Assembly: GCF_000143415.4 (NCBI RefSeq)
Contig: NW_003314281.1
Location: forward strand, 918,833-982,832
Direction: 5' to 3'
Length of the DNA stretch: 64,000 nucleotides
From: Selaginella moellendorffii
Taxonomy: Eukaryota > Plantae > Lycopodiophyta
The notes beneath the pieces are model-generated. The model did no database searches and was not told where the DNA came from. It saw only the letters and a list, made by a program, of their open reading frames with translations. Each line of letters begins with the position of its first letter. Positions within the stretch are counted from its first letter, which is position 1. The position numbers and the translations under genes were made by a program. Shown in pieces: positions 23,142 to 33,886 of the stretch.

Positions 23142-25085
23142 TTAGCACGATCCAGAGATGATTCCATTTGCCAGGAGAACATAGCTCGATGCTCGCGAAT
23201 CCAGGCTTTCGATCACCCCATGGCCGAGCTTCGCAGGGATCTCCCGGCTTGCCAGGCACGTCGATTCCAAGACCCCCGGCTGGAATGGCATCGTGTCTAT
23301 GAGCTCGCGAGCGTCTCTCCATCGCCCAGCTCGGGCCAGGAGATCCACAATGCAACAGTAGTGCTGCTTGGTCGGGGTAAAGCCGTGATCGAAGATCATG
23401 GACTGGAACAAGCTCCATGAATCGCGGAGAGTTCCTCCGTGGCTCGCGGCGGCCATTAGAGATAAGAAGCACCCTTGGTCGGGATCTTCCGCGGCCACTC
23501 TCATTGATTGAAGAAAATGGAGACCCTGGTGTGAGTGGCCAAGGCGCGAATATGCCGCCACCATGGTGGTCCATGACACAATGTCGCGGTCGGGCATCCT
23601 CTGGAAGAGACTCCACGCCTGTACAAGATGCCCCGACCGGGCATATGCGTAGAGCATCACGTTTGTGGTCGCCGTATTCCGGGCAGGAATCGTATCGTAA
23701 AAGAGTTGCGTTTGTCGCAAGCTGCCAAAATCGACATATGCTGTTAGCAGTGCGTTGAAGGACACCGTACTTCTCTCGGGCATCTTGGAAAAGATACGTT
23801 TTGATTCCTTTAAATGACCTTCCTGGGCATATGCTGCAAGCATTGTTGTGTAGGTAATGAGGTTTTTCGTTGGTAGGGAATCAAACCGGCATTTGGCTTC
23901 CTCGAGCTTGCCGGATATTCCAAGGATAAAAAGGTCCGTATTGGAGGAGACTAGGTCGAGCTCTGGAATGAAATTTAGAGTCTCTTTGGCGTCGAGTATT
24001 TGCCCATTCTGGGCGAATGCTGTAAGCATTGCGTTCCACGAGACGAGATCTCGCTGGGGCATGCTGTGAAAGATCTCTTGCGCCCAATCCACTCCTCCAT
24101 TGTGAGCCAGCGCTGTGATCATCGCGTTGCAAAGGATGATATCCCTCGCGGGAGCGTCGTCATAGATGATCTTGGCGAGATCCAGGCGCCCTATCTGGGA
24201 ATAGGCGGTGAGCATTGTCGTCCAGGCGATTAGGTCTCGCTCAGGCATCGTGTGGAAGATCTGGCACGCCAGATCGATGTTCTTGCTCTCGGCGAGCGCT
24301 TCCAGCAGGATCGTCCATGCGACGCGGTCTCTCTCTGGCATCTGATCGAACAGGAGCTTCGCCACAGCAAGATTCCCGCTCTTGGCGTAGCCGGAGAGCA
24401 TCGCGGTGAAAGAGAAGAGATTGTGCTCCGGCATCGCGGCGAAGATCGTTCTTGCGGCGTCCGCTAGGCCGGATTGTGCGTAGAACACCAGGATCGTGCT
24501 CCAAGAAACTAGGGTTCTTAGCGGCATTGCGGAAAAGAGTTCTTGGATCGATGAAAGATCGCCACTCCGGGAGAATGCGGCGAGCATCGCGTTCCAGGAC
24601 ACGAGATCGCGCTGCGGCATCGCTTCAAACACGCGCATCGCGTCCCTCAATCGGTTCTTGTGCGCGTAGGCAACGAGCATCGTGGTCCAGCTTCTCAAAT
24701 CCCAGCCAGGGAATCTATCGAATAGCTCTCGCGCGTGATCTAGATCCCCGGCCTGCGCGTAGGCGTCCAGCATCGTGTTCCAGGCGCCCAGATCGGCGAA
24801 TGGCGTGATGGAATCGAAGACTTGCTTGGCGTTCATCAGGCATCCATTTCTTGCCAGGGCCGAGAGGATGAGGTACCAGGAGAAGGGATTTCTTGCGTCG
24901 CCCAGGCCGATGAAGATCTCTACCGCCTCCCTGACGTTTCCAGATCTGCCACACGCATCGATTCGTTTGTTCGCGAAGAACACATCGATCTTCTTCTCGG
25001 CCGCTGGCAGGGACAATCTTTGGCAGCATTGGGAGGTCATTGGCAACAACGATCGTTCGTTCTTGATCAGGTTGAAGGAGGTCAT
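23142..25085 (-). CDS. PLS-class PPR protein dominated by tandem 31-aa short motifs, truncated E
   Basis: Many MPxRDLVSWNAMLxA repeats; HYCCIVDLLARAG; SSYVLLAN; start may be 25085 or ~25040. Confidence 0.9.
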   Translation of the reverse strand: MTSFNLIKNERSLLPMTSQCCQRLSLPAAEKKIDVFFANKRIDACGRSGNVREAVEIFIGLGDARNPFSWYLILSALARNGCLMNAKQVFDSITPFADLGAWNTMLDAYAQAGDLDHARELFDRFPGWDLRSWTTMLVAYAHKNRLRDAMRVFEAMPQRDLVSWNAMLAAFSRSGDLSSIQELFSAMPLRTLVSWSTILVFYAQSGLADAARTIFAAMPEHNLFSFTAMLSGYAKSGNLAVAKLLFDQMPERDRVAWTILLEALAESKNIDLACQIFHTMPERDLIAWTTMLTAYSQIGRLDLAKIIYDDAPARDIILCNAMITALAHNGGVDWAQEIFHSMPQRDLVSWNAMLTAFAQNGQILDAKETLNFIPELDLVSSNTDLFILGISGKLEEAKCRFDSLPTKNLITYTTMLAAYAQEGHLKESKRIFSKMPERSTVSFNALLTAYVDFGSLRQTQLFYDTIPARNTATTNVMLYAYARSGHLVQAWSLFQRMPDRDIVSWTTMVAAYSRLGHSHQGLHFLQSMRVAAEDPDQGCFLSLMAAASHGGTLRDSWSLFQSMIFDHGFTPTKQHYCCIVDLLARAGRWRDARELIDTMPFQPGVLESTCLASREIPAKLGHGVIESLDSRASSYVLLANGIISGSC

Positions 25086-25153
25086 CGATAGATCGAACGA
25101 AGGTCACTGGCAAGAAATTTGATCCATGGATTGTTCTTGAGAAAAGGGGCAAA

Positions 25154-26971
25154 ATGGAGAGGAAAGAATGCCTAGATCTCATCGCATCCGCAAGAACCCT
25201 AGCCGCGGCAAAGAAGATCCACGCCTCGATCCAGGGGTTCCTGGACAGCCGCAAGAACGATCTCTTCCTCGCCAACAAGCTAGTGGAGATGTATGGCAAA
25301 TGCGGTAGCACCGAGCACGCCCGGCAGATCTTCGATCTCATGAGCGCCAGGGACGTTTTCTCGTGGGATATGATGCTCTGCGCCTACGCTCGCAATGGAG
25401 ACGTCAATTCGGCCGCGCAATTGTTCCTGGCCATGCCGCGGCAGCATCTCATCTCCTGGAACATCATGCTCTCGGCGTATTCCCAGACCGGGCATCTGGA
25501 TCTCGCCGGACGCGTCTTCGATGCGATGCCGCTGCGCGATCTCGTCTCCTGGAATGCGATGCTCACTGCGCTCTCACACGTCGGCGCGATCGATCGCACG
25601 ATGACGCTATTCGAGGCTATGCCGGATTGGAATCTCCTCTCCTGGAACGTTGTCCTTTCCGCATTTGCCGAGCTGGGGCATCTTGAATCGGCCAAGAGGG
25701 TTTTTGATGCGATGGGCGAGAGGAGCTTGGTGTCCTGGACCGCGATGCTGCAGTGCTACGCGAGATCGGGCAATCTGGGTGATGCGAGGCGGATGTTTGC
25801 TGCGATGCCGGAGAGAGATCTTGTCTCTGCGACAGCGATGATCGTGGCACTCGTCCAGAGCGGTGATCCTACCGCGGCAAAGGTGATGTTTGAGGAAATG
25901 CCGACGAGCGATCTCATCTCCTGGACTGCGATGCTGGTGGGATTCGCGCAGTGTGGCCGGATTGACGACGCGAGAGCTACGTTCGAGGCGATGCCAGTGA
26001 GGAATCTCGTGTCGTGGACGGCGATGGTGGCGGTGTATGCGCAGAAGGGGAAGATGGATGAAGCGATGGCAATCTTCTCCGCGATGCCACAACGGGATCT
26101 CATCTGCTGGAACTCAATGCTCGCGGCGTATGCCCAGAATGGGCAATTGGAGGAGGCAAAGATGCTGTTCGACACGGTTCCACAGCGGGATCTTGTCTCG
26201 TGGACGGCGATCTTGGTGGCTTATGCTCAGCACGGACATATCGAAGAAGCAAAGCGATTGTTTGATGCGATGCCACAGCAGGAGGTCGGGTGCTGGAACG
26301 CGATGCTGGCAGGGTATGCCCAGAATGGGCATTTGGAGGAGGTGGTGTTCTTTTTTGGGACAATGCCGCAGAGGGACTTGATCTCCTGGACGACTGTTCT
26401 ATCGGCGTACTCGCAGCACGGCCGCCAGCATGATGCTCGACGAGTATTTGATTCGATGCTGGAGCCGGACAGAGTTTCGTGGTCGGCCATCCTCGCTGCT
26501 TACGCCAATAACGGCGATTCCTCGCGGGCGATCCAAGTCTTTCAGGAGATGAAGATGGTGGAGCTCGCGGACGAGACGTGCTTCGTGTCCGCGTTTCTGG
26601 CTTGCAGCCACAAAGGCAAAGTTGAGCTTGGGAGGAGCTACTTTGGATCGATGAGCGTGGATTTTGGAGTAAAGCCGAGCAAGCAACACTACTGCTGTAT
26701 GCTTGATCTTCTAGGACGCGCTGGACGCTTGGACGATGCGCAGGAGCTCATCTACACCATGCCGTTTGTGCCGAGTGCTCTGGACTGGACGTGCGTGCTT
26801 GCCGGGTGTCGGAGTCACTCGGATTCCAAGCATGGAGCTCAGGCAGCCAAGTCCATTGTGGAGATCGATCCAAAACATGGTTCTGGCTACGTGCTGCTGG
26901 CAAACTTGGTGAGGAACTCTGCGAAGAAACCGGCAACAAAAACCAGTCCTGCGTGCTCCAAAGCTTCATGA
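25154..26971 (+). CDS. PLS-class PPR protein dominated by tandem 31-aa short motifs, truncated E
   Basis: MPxRDLVSWTAML repeats; HYCCMLDLLGRAG; GYVLLAN. Confidence 0.92.
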   Translation: MERKECLDLIASARTLAAAKKIHASIQGFLDSRKNDLFLANKLVEMYGKCGSTEHARQIFDLMSARDVFSWDMMLCAYARNGDVNSAAQLFLAMPRQHLISWNIMLSAYSQTGHLDLAGRVFDAMPLRDLVSWNAMLTALSHVGAIDRTMTLFEAMPDWNLLSWNVVLSAFAELGHLESAKRVFDAMGERSLVSWTAMLQCYARSGNLGDARRMFAAMPERDLVSATAMIVALVQSGDPTAAKVMFEEMPTSDLISWTAMLVGFAQCGRIDDARATFEAMPVRNLVSWTAMVAVYAQKGKMDEAMAIFSAMPQRDLICWNSMLAAYAQNGQLEEAKMLFDTVPQRDLVSWTAILVAYAQHGHIEEAKRLFDAMPQQEVGCWNAMLAGYAQNGHLEEVVFFFGTMPQRDLISWTTVLSAYSQHGRQHDARRVFDSMLEPDRVSWSAILAAYANNGDSSRAIQVFQEMKMVELADETCFVSAFLACSHKGKVELGRSYFGSMSVDFGVKPSKQHYCCMLDLLGRAGRLDDAQELIYTMPFVPSALDWTCVLAGCRSHSDSKHGAQAAKSIVEIDPKHGSGYVLLANLVRNSAKKPATKTSPACSKAS

Positions 26972-27789
26972 CGAAATGCCCGGTGGAACTGACGACTTTC
27001 GCTCTACTATTACAGATTCAAAGGAGGGAGCACTGAAGAGCCAAATGTCTGGTAAGCTTTGCATTGGTGTGGACTCGTTTTCTTCCTTTTTTTTTCCTTC
27101 TTTTGACTAGTTTGGTTTGTGCAGGGAGGGGTCCAGGCGGATTTGACAAGTAACTGGTTGAGCTGGATACGTCAGCTGCAAACGAAAGCTCTCGAGATTC
27201 ATCAGCAACTTTAACGTGAGTGAATCAATATGTTTTTGTCTTTGCACAGGGAAAGGGTCTCACTCGTCTTGCAGATGCGCGGGGCCTAAAGTTTGACTCG
27301 TAGTTCTCGTGCCAGTCGTTTTCTCCGGTTGTTGCCAAGTTTTGTTTCGAAGTGGATCTAACTTTCGCTTGCTCCAGGTGCTTTTGCGGCTTTCCCGATT
27401 GGCTGAGAGCATCGGAGTACCATTTCTGGCTAGCTTCCAAGGTAGAGAGATTTCTGTCGCAGACGAAGCGGTAGCTCCCAGATTTCTGGAAGACTGCCTG
27501 ACTGGCTTCAGTCAGTCAGTCGACCATCAAAGCTCCCGTTACGATCTAGCTGCGTTTTCTTTTTCGTTTCCTCGTAGGTAGATAGATTTCGCAATTGGTC
27601 GGTTCGAACTTACCAATGCGTCCCAGCTGCAGGGAAATCAATCGCGCAGAGCTTAAAAAACTCGCACGGGTATTGAAAAAACTGGGCAGGCACTCACTCC
27701 ATCATGTGATGCTCCCAAGAACACAGACAACTAAAGAAGAAAAGGTTTCATTGACTAAGGCGTGGACTGGACCGCTGACTAAGGTTGAC

Positions 27790-28924
27790 TCAACATTTAC
27801 ACGACTGGGAAGGCCTCGGATCGACCAGGCAGAGGAAGCCCATGATCGCGAACAGCGCCAGGATGATCAGGAAGAGAGATCCCAGCGTCCCAATGATGGA
27901 GGTGAAGAATCCCTTCATAGCCTCGGCAGCGGCCTCGGAGGTGCTCGAGGAAGAAGAGGAGGAGCTGAGTGATGCTAGGAGGACCATGACGACGATCACC
28001 AGTCCGATGAGCACTGCCAGATCCATCGAGTCGTTTCTTCCACCGCCGCCGCAGCAAGGATCCGGGTCGTACTGGCTGTAGCAGGGAGGATCGCTGGCGT
28101 CGCAGCCAGTGACGATGATGGTGGGCGGACAGAATGGGATCTCCGGAGGACAGTCATGGTGGTGGTGGTGGTGGTCGTGGTCGTGATCGTGATCGTGATC
28201 GTGGTGGTGGTGGTGGTGCTCGTGGTCCTGCTCGTTGTCACAGCACTTGGGCTCCTTTGGGGCTGGCGGCGGTGGGGATGGCGTTGGCGGTGGAGATTTG
28301 TGGTGGTGGTGGTGCTCGTTGTCACAGCAGCTATGGTGGGGCTTGGGCTCCTTTGGAGCTGGCGGTGGTGGCGGTGGCGTTGGCGGCGGCGATTTGTGGT
28401 GGTGGTGGTGGTGGCACGGGCACTTGCAGTGGTGGTGGCCGTGGCGGTGGTCGCAGCACTTGGGCGATGGAGGGGTGGGGGCGGCGGGCGGGGGATCCTT
28501 GGGCTTGGGCTTCTCCTTCTCCTTCTCCTTTTCTTTCTCTGGCGGCGGCGGGAGATCCTCGATGGAGAGGAAGACAAGCTTCTTCTTCTTCTTGAATCGC
28601 TCCACCACCGCGAGGATGTCCTCGAGCGTTACCTCGCCGGTGACGACGATCTTGCCGCTCTTGGGGGCGTACTCCACCTCCTTGACACCTACAGCATCGA
28701 TCTATCCATCATCCAAGAGAGAAGCAAGGAATGGAGTTAGAACCTGCGGTGTGCTTGAGGATCTCCAGGACCTTCTCTCGGCACTTCTTGCAAGAGCTAC
28801 ACAGATTGAGTGTGACCTGGGACAGAGAGAAGAGATAAGGGAAGCCACAGATCCCTCTGGATAGAGCATTTCCACCATAGCCAGAGAAACTGGAGATTCA
28901 GTAGTAGTACCTTACCTTCTTCAT
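27790..28924 (-). CDS. HMA-domain protein with Pro/His/Cys-rich region and two predicted C-terminal TM helices
   Basis: Exons 28916-28924, 28744-28816, 27790-28688: MKK|VTLNLCSSCKKCREK...|GVKEVEY..KIVVTGEV; poly-His and (HD)n tracts; hydrophobic LAVLIGLVIVVMVLLASL and FFTSIIGTLGSLFLIILALFAIMGFLCLV; ends SCKC. Confidence 0.82.
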
Positions 28925-29375
28925 GGCGATCTTGTGGCTGCTTGGCTTGATTCTTCCTCCACTCACATTCACAGTACCACCATTCTATCTCTCCCGACAG
29001 TGGCCAGCGATGATAGACTAGAAGAACGGATCAAGACACTCACGCCTCTTAGGAGTGTAAAAAGAGGGGTAGATTTTTGCGAGCGTATAAACAAAAAGGA
29101 GAGAATTAGAGAGAAGTGTCCTTCCTTCCCTGTAGAGCGTAGGTGAGTTGTCGGTGGCAAAAAAACTGAACGCTGGGACTAGTTGACAAATGACTCCTGG
29201 AAGGTGGTCCCATTATAAAAATTAACCTAATATTAACTATGAATAAATTGTATATAAATAAGGTTTGATGATTATTATAACTTATTTAAGTTGCATTATC
29301 ACTAATTAATATATCCTTTCCACTAACTCAGGAAATTATTTGTCATTTTATTCAAACATGGTTTATCAGTTTCAA

Positions 29376-29500
29376 TATTACATGATGTAGCTATAACTAA
29401 TAAAATGTAAGCACGATTTATCACAATTAATGTTGATGTAGAGGTTTATTCACAATTAATGTTATTACATGATGTAGCTATAACTAATAAACTGTAAGCA
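29376..29500. repeat. AT-rich direct repeat (~38 bp, period 87 bp) downstream of NBR1
   Basis: TATTACATGATGTAGCTATAACTAATAAA(A/C)TGTAAGCA at 29376 and 29463. Confidence 0.8.
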
Positions 29501-29609
29501 GGGTTTATTCACACACGGTTTATTCAAATCAAAAATCATTTCCAAAAATTATTGCAGAGATTTTTTTAGAAGTTTCCTTTTTATGGGGGCATTTCCGACG
29601 AGAATCGTC

Positions 29610-31964
29610 CTAATCTTTCTTGTCTGCCAGCTTTGGAGCTGGCTCCTTGTACATCTGCACAAGTTCTTTCACCACGCGCTTCACGCTCCCACCGTTCTTG
29701 ATCATCAGCTTGCGGTTCATCTCCGTATCATAGAACCCCTGCAAGGAGAAAAATTAGAATCCCGAATGCAAGCTTTGCAAAGGAAAATCTGCGCTGCGCT
29801 TACCATCTCTTGGAGCTCCTCCAAGATGGGATCCCACTCGGCCGCAGCAACGAGATCATCCAGCGTACGGTGGAAGTCATTGTTGTTCTTCTCCAGGAGC
29901 TCGTATATCAGCTCTTTCTTGTTGGTGAAACCCATCGTCTGGAAGAATACCGCCGCCTTCTCCTTCTGGCTCTCCAGAGAGGCCTCCGGAGTAACTGGAG
30001 TAACTGGAGCAACTGGAGTCACCCTCTTCTCCGCAGAGGCCAGTGGAGTAGCAGGAACCTCCGCCGCTTCCAGCTCGGGCTCGGGCTCTGGCATCGGTGG
30101 CATCGGTGGCGAAGATGCCGAAGCTTCCTCGCTTTTCGGCATCTCCACCAGAGAGAACCCGTCATCGACTTCATCCGCCTTGAAGTCCTCGCCTTCAAAG
30201 CTCTTCTCACTCGGCACAGCCTCGCCCACCATCACTTCCACCTCCACGCTCGTCGCTTCGTCATCGAAGTCTACCACGACGACAGGACTCTCCTCCCCAG
30301 CAGGCTTTTCGGCCTTCACCTCGACATCGCTCTCAGACGCGTTAGGCGTGACCTGCAAGCCAAGAAAGATCGAATAATCAGCCATTGACCACATCGAAAC
30401 TTCAAGTGCTCTCTAGAACATGTCCAGTACCTGGATCAGTGCCCAAACTCTGTGTCCAAACTTAACACCGTAAGGTGTTACAAGCCTCCAGTACGATGCA
30501 TATCGTCCTGCTCGAGCCGGGGCAACGAGATCAACCGCTACCTCAACTTCGGCATCTGGAAGAACGCTAGCACCTTCGGTCTGTTTAAAACCGAAACGAC
30601 TGAATTAGAACACTCGAGAAAGATCAAAGAGAGAAACATACCTGCAGCGACACAGCCGACACTGTTCCCATCTCGTCGCCGCCTACACGCACCAGTCTAG
30701 TGTCGGGTGCCCAGGCAACTTTGCCGCTGTTACGAAGCCTCCATATCTTCACAAAGCGAGTATGGGGGCTAACTTCAGTCCCGTCAGGGATACTGACGTC
30801 GCAGACGAAGCGGCCATCCGGTTTGGCGTACGCCACATCCATCGGACGGCCAAACGGAGAGAACGGAGAGAATGGTCTTGGAGCAAACTCTGTTTCCGAG
30901 TGACGATGATAGTCACCCGCACGTCCCCATGCAGAGCGGCAGCGGTTCGGCCCAAACGCAGCTGGGCATCTTCCCTGCTTTAAAGAAATTTTTTTAAGAA
31001 CACACTGAAACGAAGTGGAGCTTTTACTACTCACCACTCGCCCGGGAGGAACGTAGTGATGACGATGAATTGGTTTGTCGTAGCGAGTATAATCCAGCTG
31101 ACCGCCTTTCGGCAGGTTGTTGAAACAAGTCACGCACAAATCATAGTCGTGCTTGCTGAAAAAAACCATTCTCACATAAGAAACCATAGAGACAGAGAAA
31201 GAGGAAGTTAATTACCTGGTCGACTTGAAGCGTGGACCAACAATTGGTGACGTGCCACAGCCATCACACTGGACGTTCTGGTGGAAGACGTTCTCCATTC
31301 CAGAACGAGGAGCTTCGCTACGATCACCAGCCGGAGGAGGCACAGCATCAGGCGCAGCAGCAGACTTCTCGGCAGCAGAGGTGGTGGTCGACGACTCAGC
31401 GCGGATCTTTCCGGAAAGACCTCGCATAAGGTCCGCCACCGTCACCATGTGGGGCTTGAGGAAGGGATGCACAGCTTCCTTGAGCGTCTCGGCATCAAAC
31501 GCCTTGAGAGCCGCCTCCAAGATTGGTTTGATATCCCCAACAAACGCTCCTTCGCTGCTGCTGGAGCTGCTCCCAAGGGGAACCTCCAGGCGGACGTCCA
31601 GCCTGAGAGGATTTATTCCCTGGAGCACGCAAGCGTCCTCCAACTCCTGGTCATTCGCCATAGTAATCACATCGTTGTCCTTGTCGACGTAAGTTATCAC
31701 CAGCTTTGAAGCAGTAGGGATTCCAAAGCTGCCAGGCAAAAAAAAATTTTTTAGTTCAAGCATACAAAAAATCGATTCTTTCTACCTGTCACAGATTTTC
31801 GAGTGAAGCTCCGCAAAAGAAATCGCCGGAGCTCCGTTTGATGATGCCGGAACAGTGAGCCTCCGCAGAGACTCTTCGTATCTTATCTGAAAAGAAGAAG
31901 ACGAAGCGAAGATAAGAAGATTCTTTTCAGGGATTCACGTCCATACCTTGATCACGAAAGCCAT
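29610..31964 (-). CDS. NBR1: Selective autophagy receptor NBR1 (PB1, ZZ, FW, 2x UBA, AIM)
   Basis: MAFVIK|IRYEESLRR, TYVDKDNDVITM (PB1), VQCDGCGTSPIVGPRFKS...DYDLCVTC (ZZ), DVSIPDGT..FVKIWRLRNSG (FW), EWDPILEELQEM (AIM + UBA). Confidence 0.94.
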
Positions 31965-32180
31965 AATCGCTGATCGCTGCTGGGGAAAGCGCCACAAGCG
32001 TCCCGTCGAAGACCCTAGCTTCTGGAGAGCAAGAAATTCGCAATTTCAGTGAGACCCTAGGAGCGCCAATCGAGGAATCGCTACCTCTGAGCAGAGAAAG
32101 ATCGATCGATCGCACAAACACTACCCGCGTTCCTGTAAGCCGCGAGGAACTACTTTGTGTGGAGCTTACCCCAGCCCTCT

Positions 32181-32292
32181 TTTATATATACATCAAAACG
32201 ATGCATTACCGACTTACTCCGCCGTTGGATGCACGCCACGTGGCAGCAGAAAGTCATAAATGGATTGGAGCTATTTTGGAACATTCTGGAAA
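32181..32292 (-). promoter_or_regulatory. NBR1 promoter: TATA, G-box and perfect heat-shock element
   Basis: TATATATAAA on minus strand (32181-32190), GCCACGTGGC (32235-32244), GAAcaTTCtgGAA (32279-32291). Confidence 0.6.
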
Positions 32293-32311
32293 TATACGTT
32301 GGGGGTTTGAT

Positions 32312-33749
32312 TCAATTAAGAAAGCTTGGAAAGAATAGTCGAGAGTGTTCTTGCGTGAGTTCTTTATCCTCCTCCTTCCTGTAAAGATCAGAATGATTAA
32401 ACTATCGAAGAAACGAAGAACATGGAAGCTAGATTTTAGACCACGAATTGTTGGAACTCTGCCTCATCTTTCATCGCATTTACGACGCCGAGATCGTTCA
32501 TCAAGTCCTGATAAATCGTGTTGCGGGTAAACACACGCGACGGTCGATTGCATTCGAAGTTTTGATCTGTTACTCACCTCGTCGGCCACTGTCAATGCTC
32601 CCGTACTCTCGTCCTGCTAGGAAAAAAACACGATTTTATCAATCAATCCGATAGATACGTAGGGCTGTTACCTTGCACGCAACAAAGAGAAGAGGGTAAA
32701 ATGGAGTGAAGACCACAAACTCGCTGATTCCCTGGAATGATCAGCATGAGAAAAAACCCTGCCAACCTTTTTGAGGGATGTCCTTGCTGTTTACCACTTG
32801 AAAGCTTGTGATTTCTACTCCCTCAGTGATGGATCCGTCTGTAAAGCAGCATAAAAAACGAGGAAAGGAGAAACAAGTTTTTGTAGCCGTACCAGTTTCA
32901 AGCTCCAAAACATCGTCGTCAGTGAAACCAAAACATCCTCGAGCAGTGAGGCAGTATCTAATATCCAAAGAGAACAAGAAAAACAGTCTTGGAATTTGTC
33001 CAGAAAATCTTACCCGCTAAACACAAAATGTAGCCTCTTCTTCGCAAGAGCGTACTCCGCGGTTGGAATTAGCTCTTCTAGTTCGTCATCGCTTATCTGA
33101 GGAAAGATCAAACTCAAGGTAAAGAGAATAGAAACATCGCGTGCTTGCCTCTCTCAAGGCCTCATTTTGCTCGTCATACTTGAGGATTTGCAAAGGACTG
33201 CAACACAAATCTGGAGCTCCTGCTTGCACAAACTCGGGAATTGTGAAGAAAACAATACCTACGTATCAAGAGGCGACAAAAGCAAACACTGGAGTCCGCT
33301 GGAGCTCAAAAATGCTCTTCGCACTGAACACTCGAGCGATCTCCCTGTCTCCGGATCGATCTACGAGGCAAAAAATGAGAACCGTCGAGAGGAAAATACT
33401 TTGGAATGCAAAAAACTCTCATTTTGCAGCTTACCATATCCACGACACGCTTGTTTGCAGGAGCTACAAGTACAACTTCTCCAGCGTCGTTGAGGATAAA
33501 ACCAGCAGGAGGATTTGGAATCGTCGGCGACCAGTTTTTCCTCGGTGGCTCTTCCACAACAGCCTTTGCTCTGCGTGACTTACCTTGCTCTGGAAATCCT
33601 CGTTGTTTGCCGGAAACCAACACAACCCAGCTCTTCCTCCGGGGAATTCTCACAAGCGCTCGAGAATTAAGCTCGGTCTTTGTACCGTAAAATGATACGC
33701 TGCTCGTTAAGTGCATTCTAGGCGCTATCCTTGTCGCCAATGCATCCAT
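32312..33749 (-). CDS. DUF3727-like protein (cyanobacterial-type, probably plastid-targeted), ~10 exons
   Basis: Spliced: transit-like N-term; IDPETGRSLECSVRR...LLSPLDT|PLQIL, DDELEELIPTAEYALAKKRL, CLTARG, EGVEITSF, FVVFTPFYPLLFVA. Confidence 0.72.
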
Positions 33750-33886
33750 CCTGCACCAACACAAACGCCTTGAGAACCCTACAAGTATGAAAGCAAAGAA
33801 AAGACTTACTCTCTTGGAATTTTACCTTTTGGAACGAGAATCCTTCGGGCTTATGAGTTGATAAAAACCGCAGCTTGGGTCTCTTT

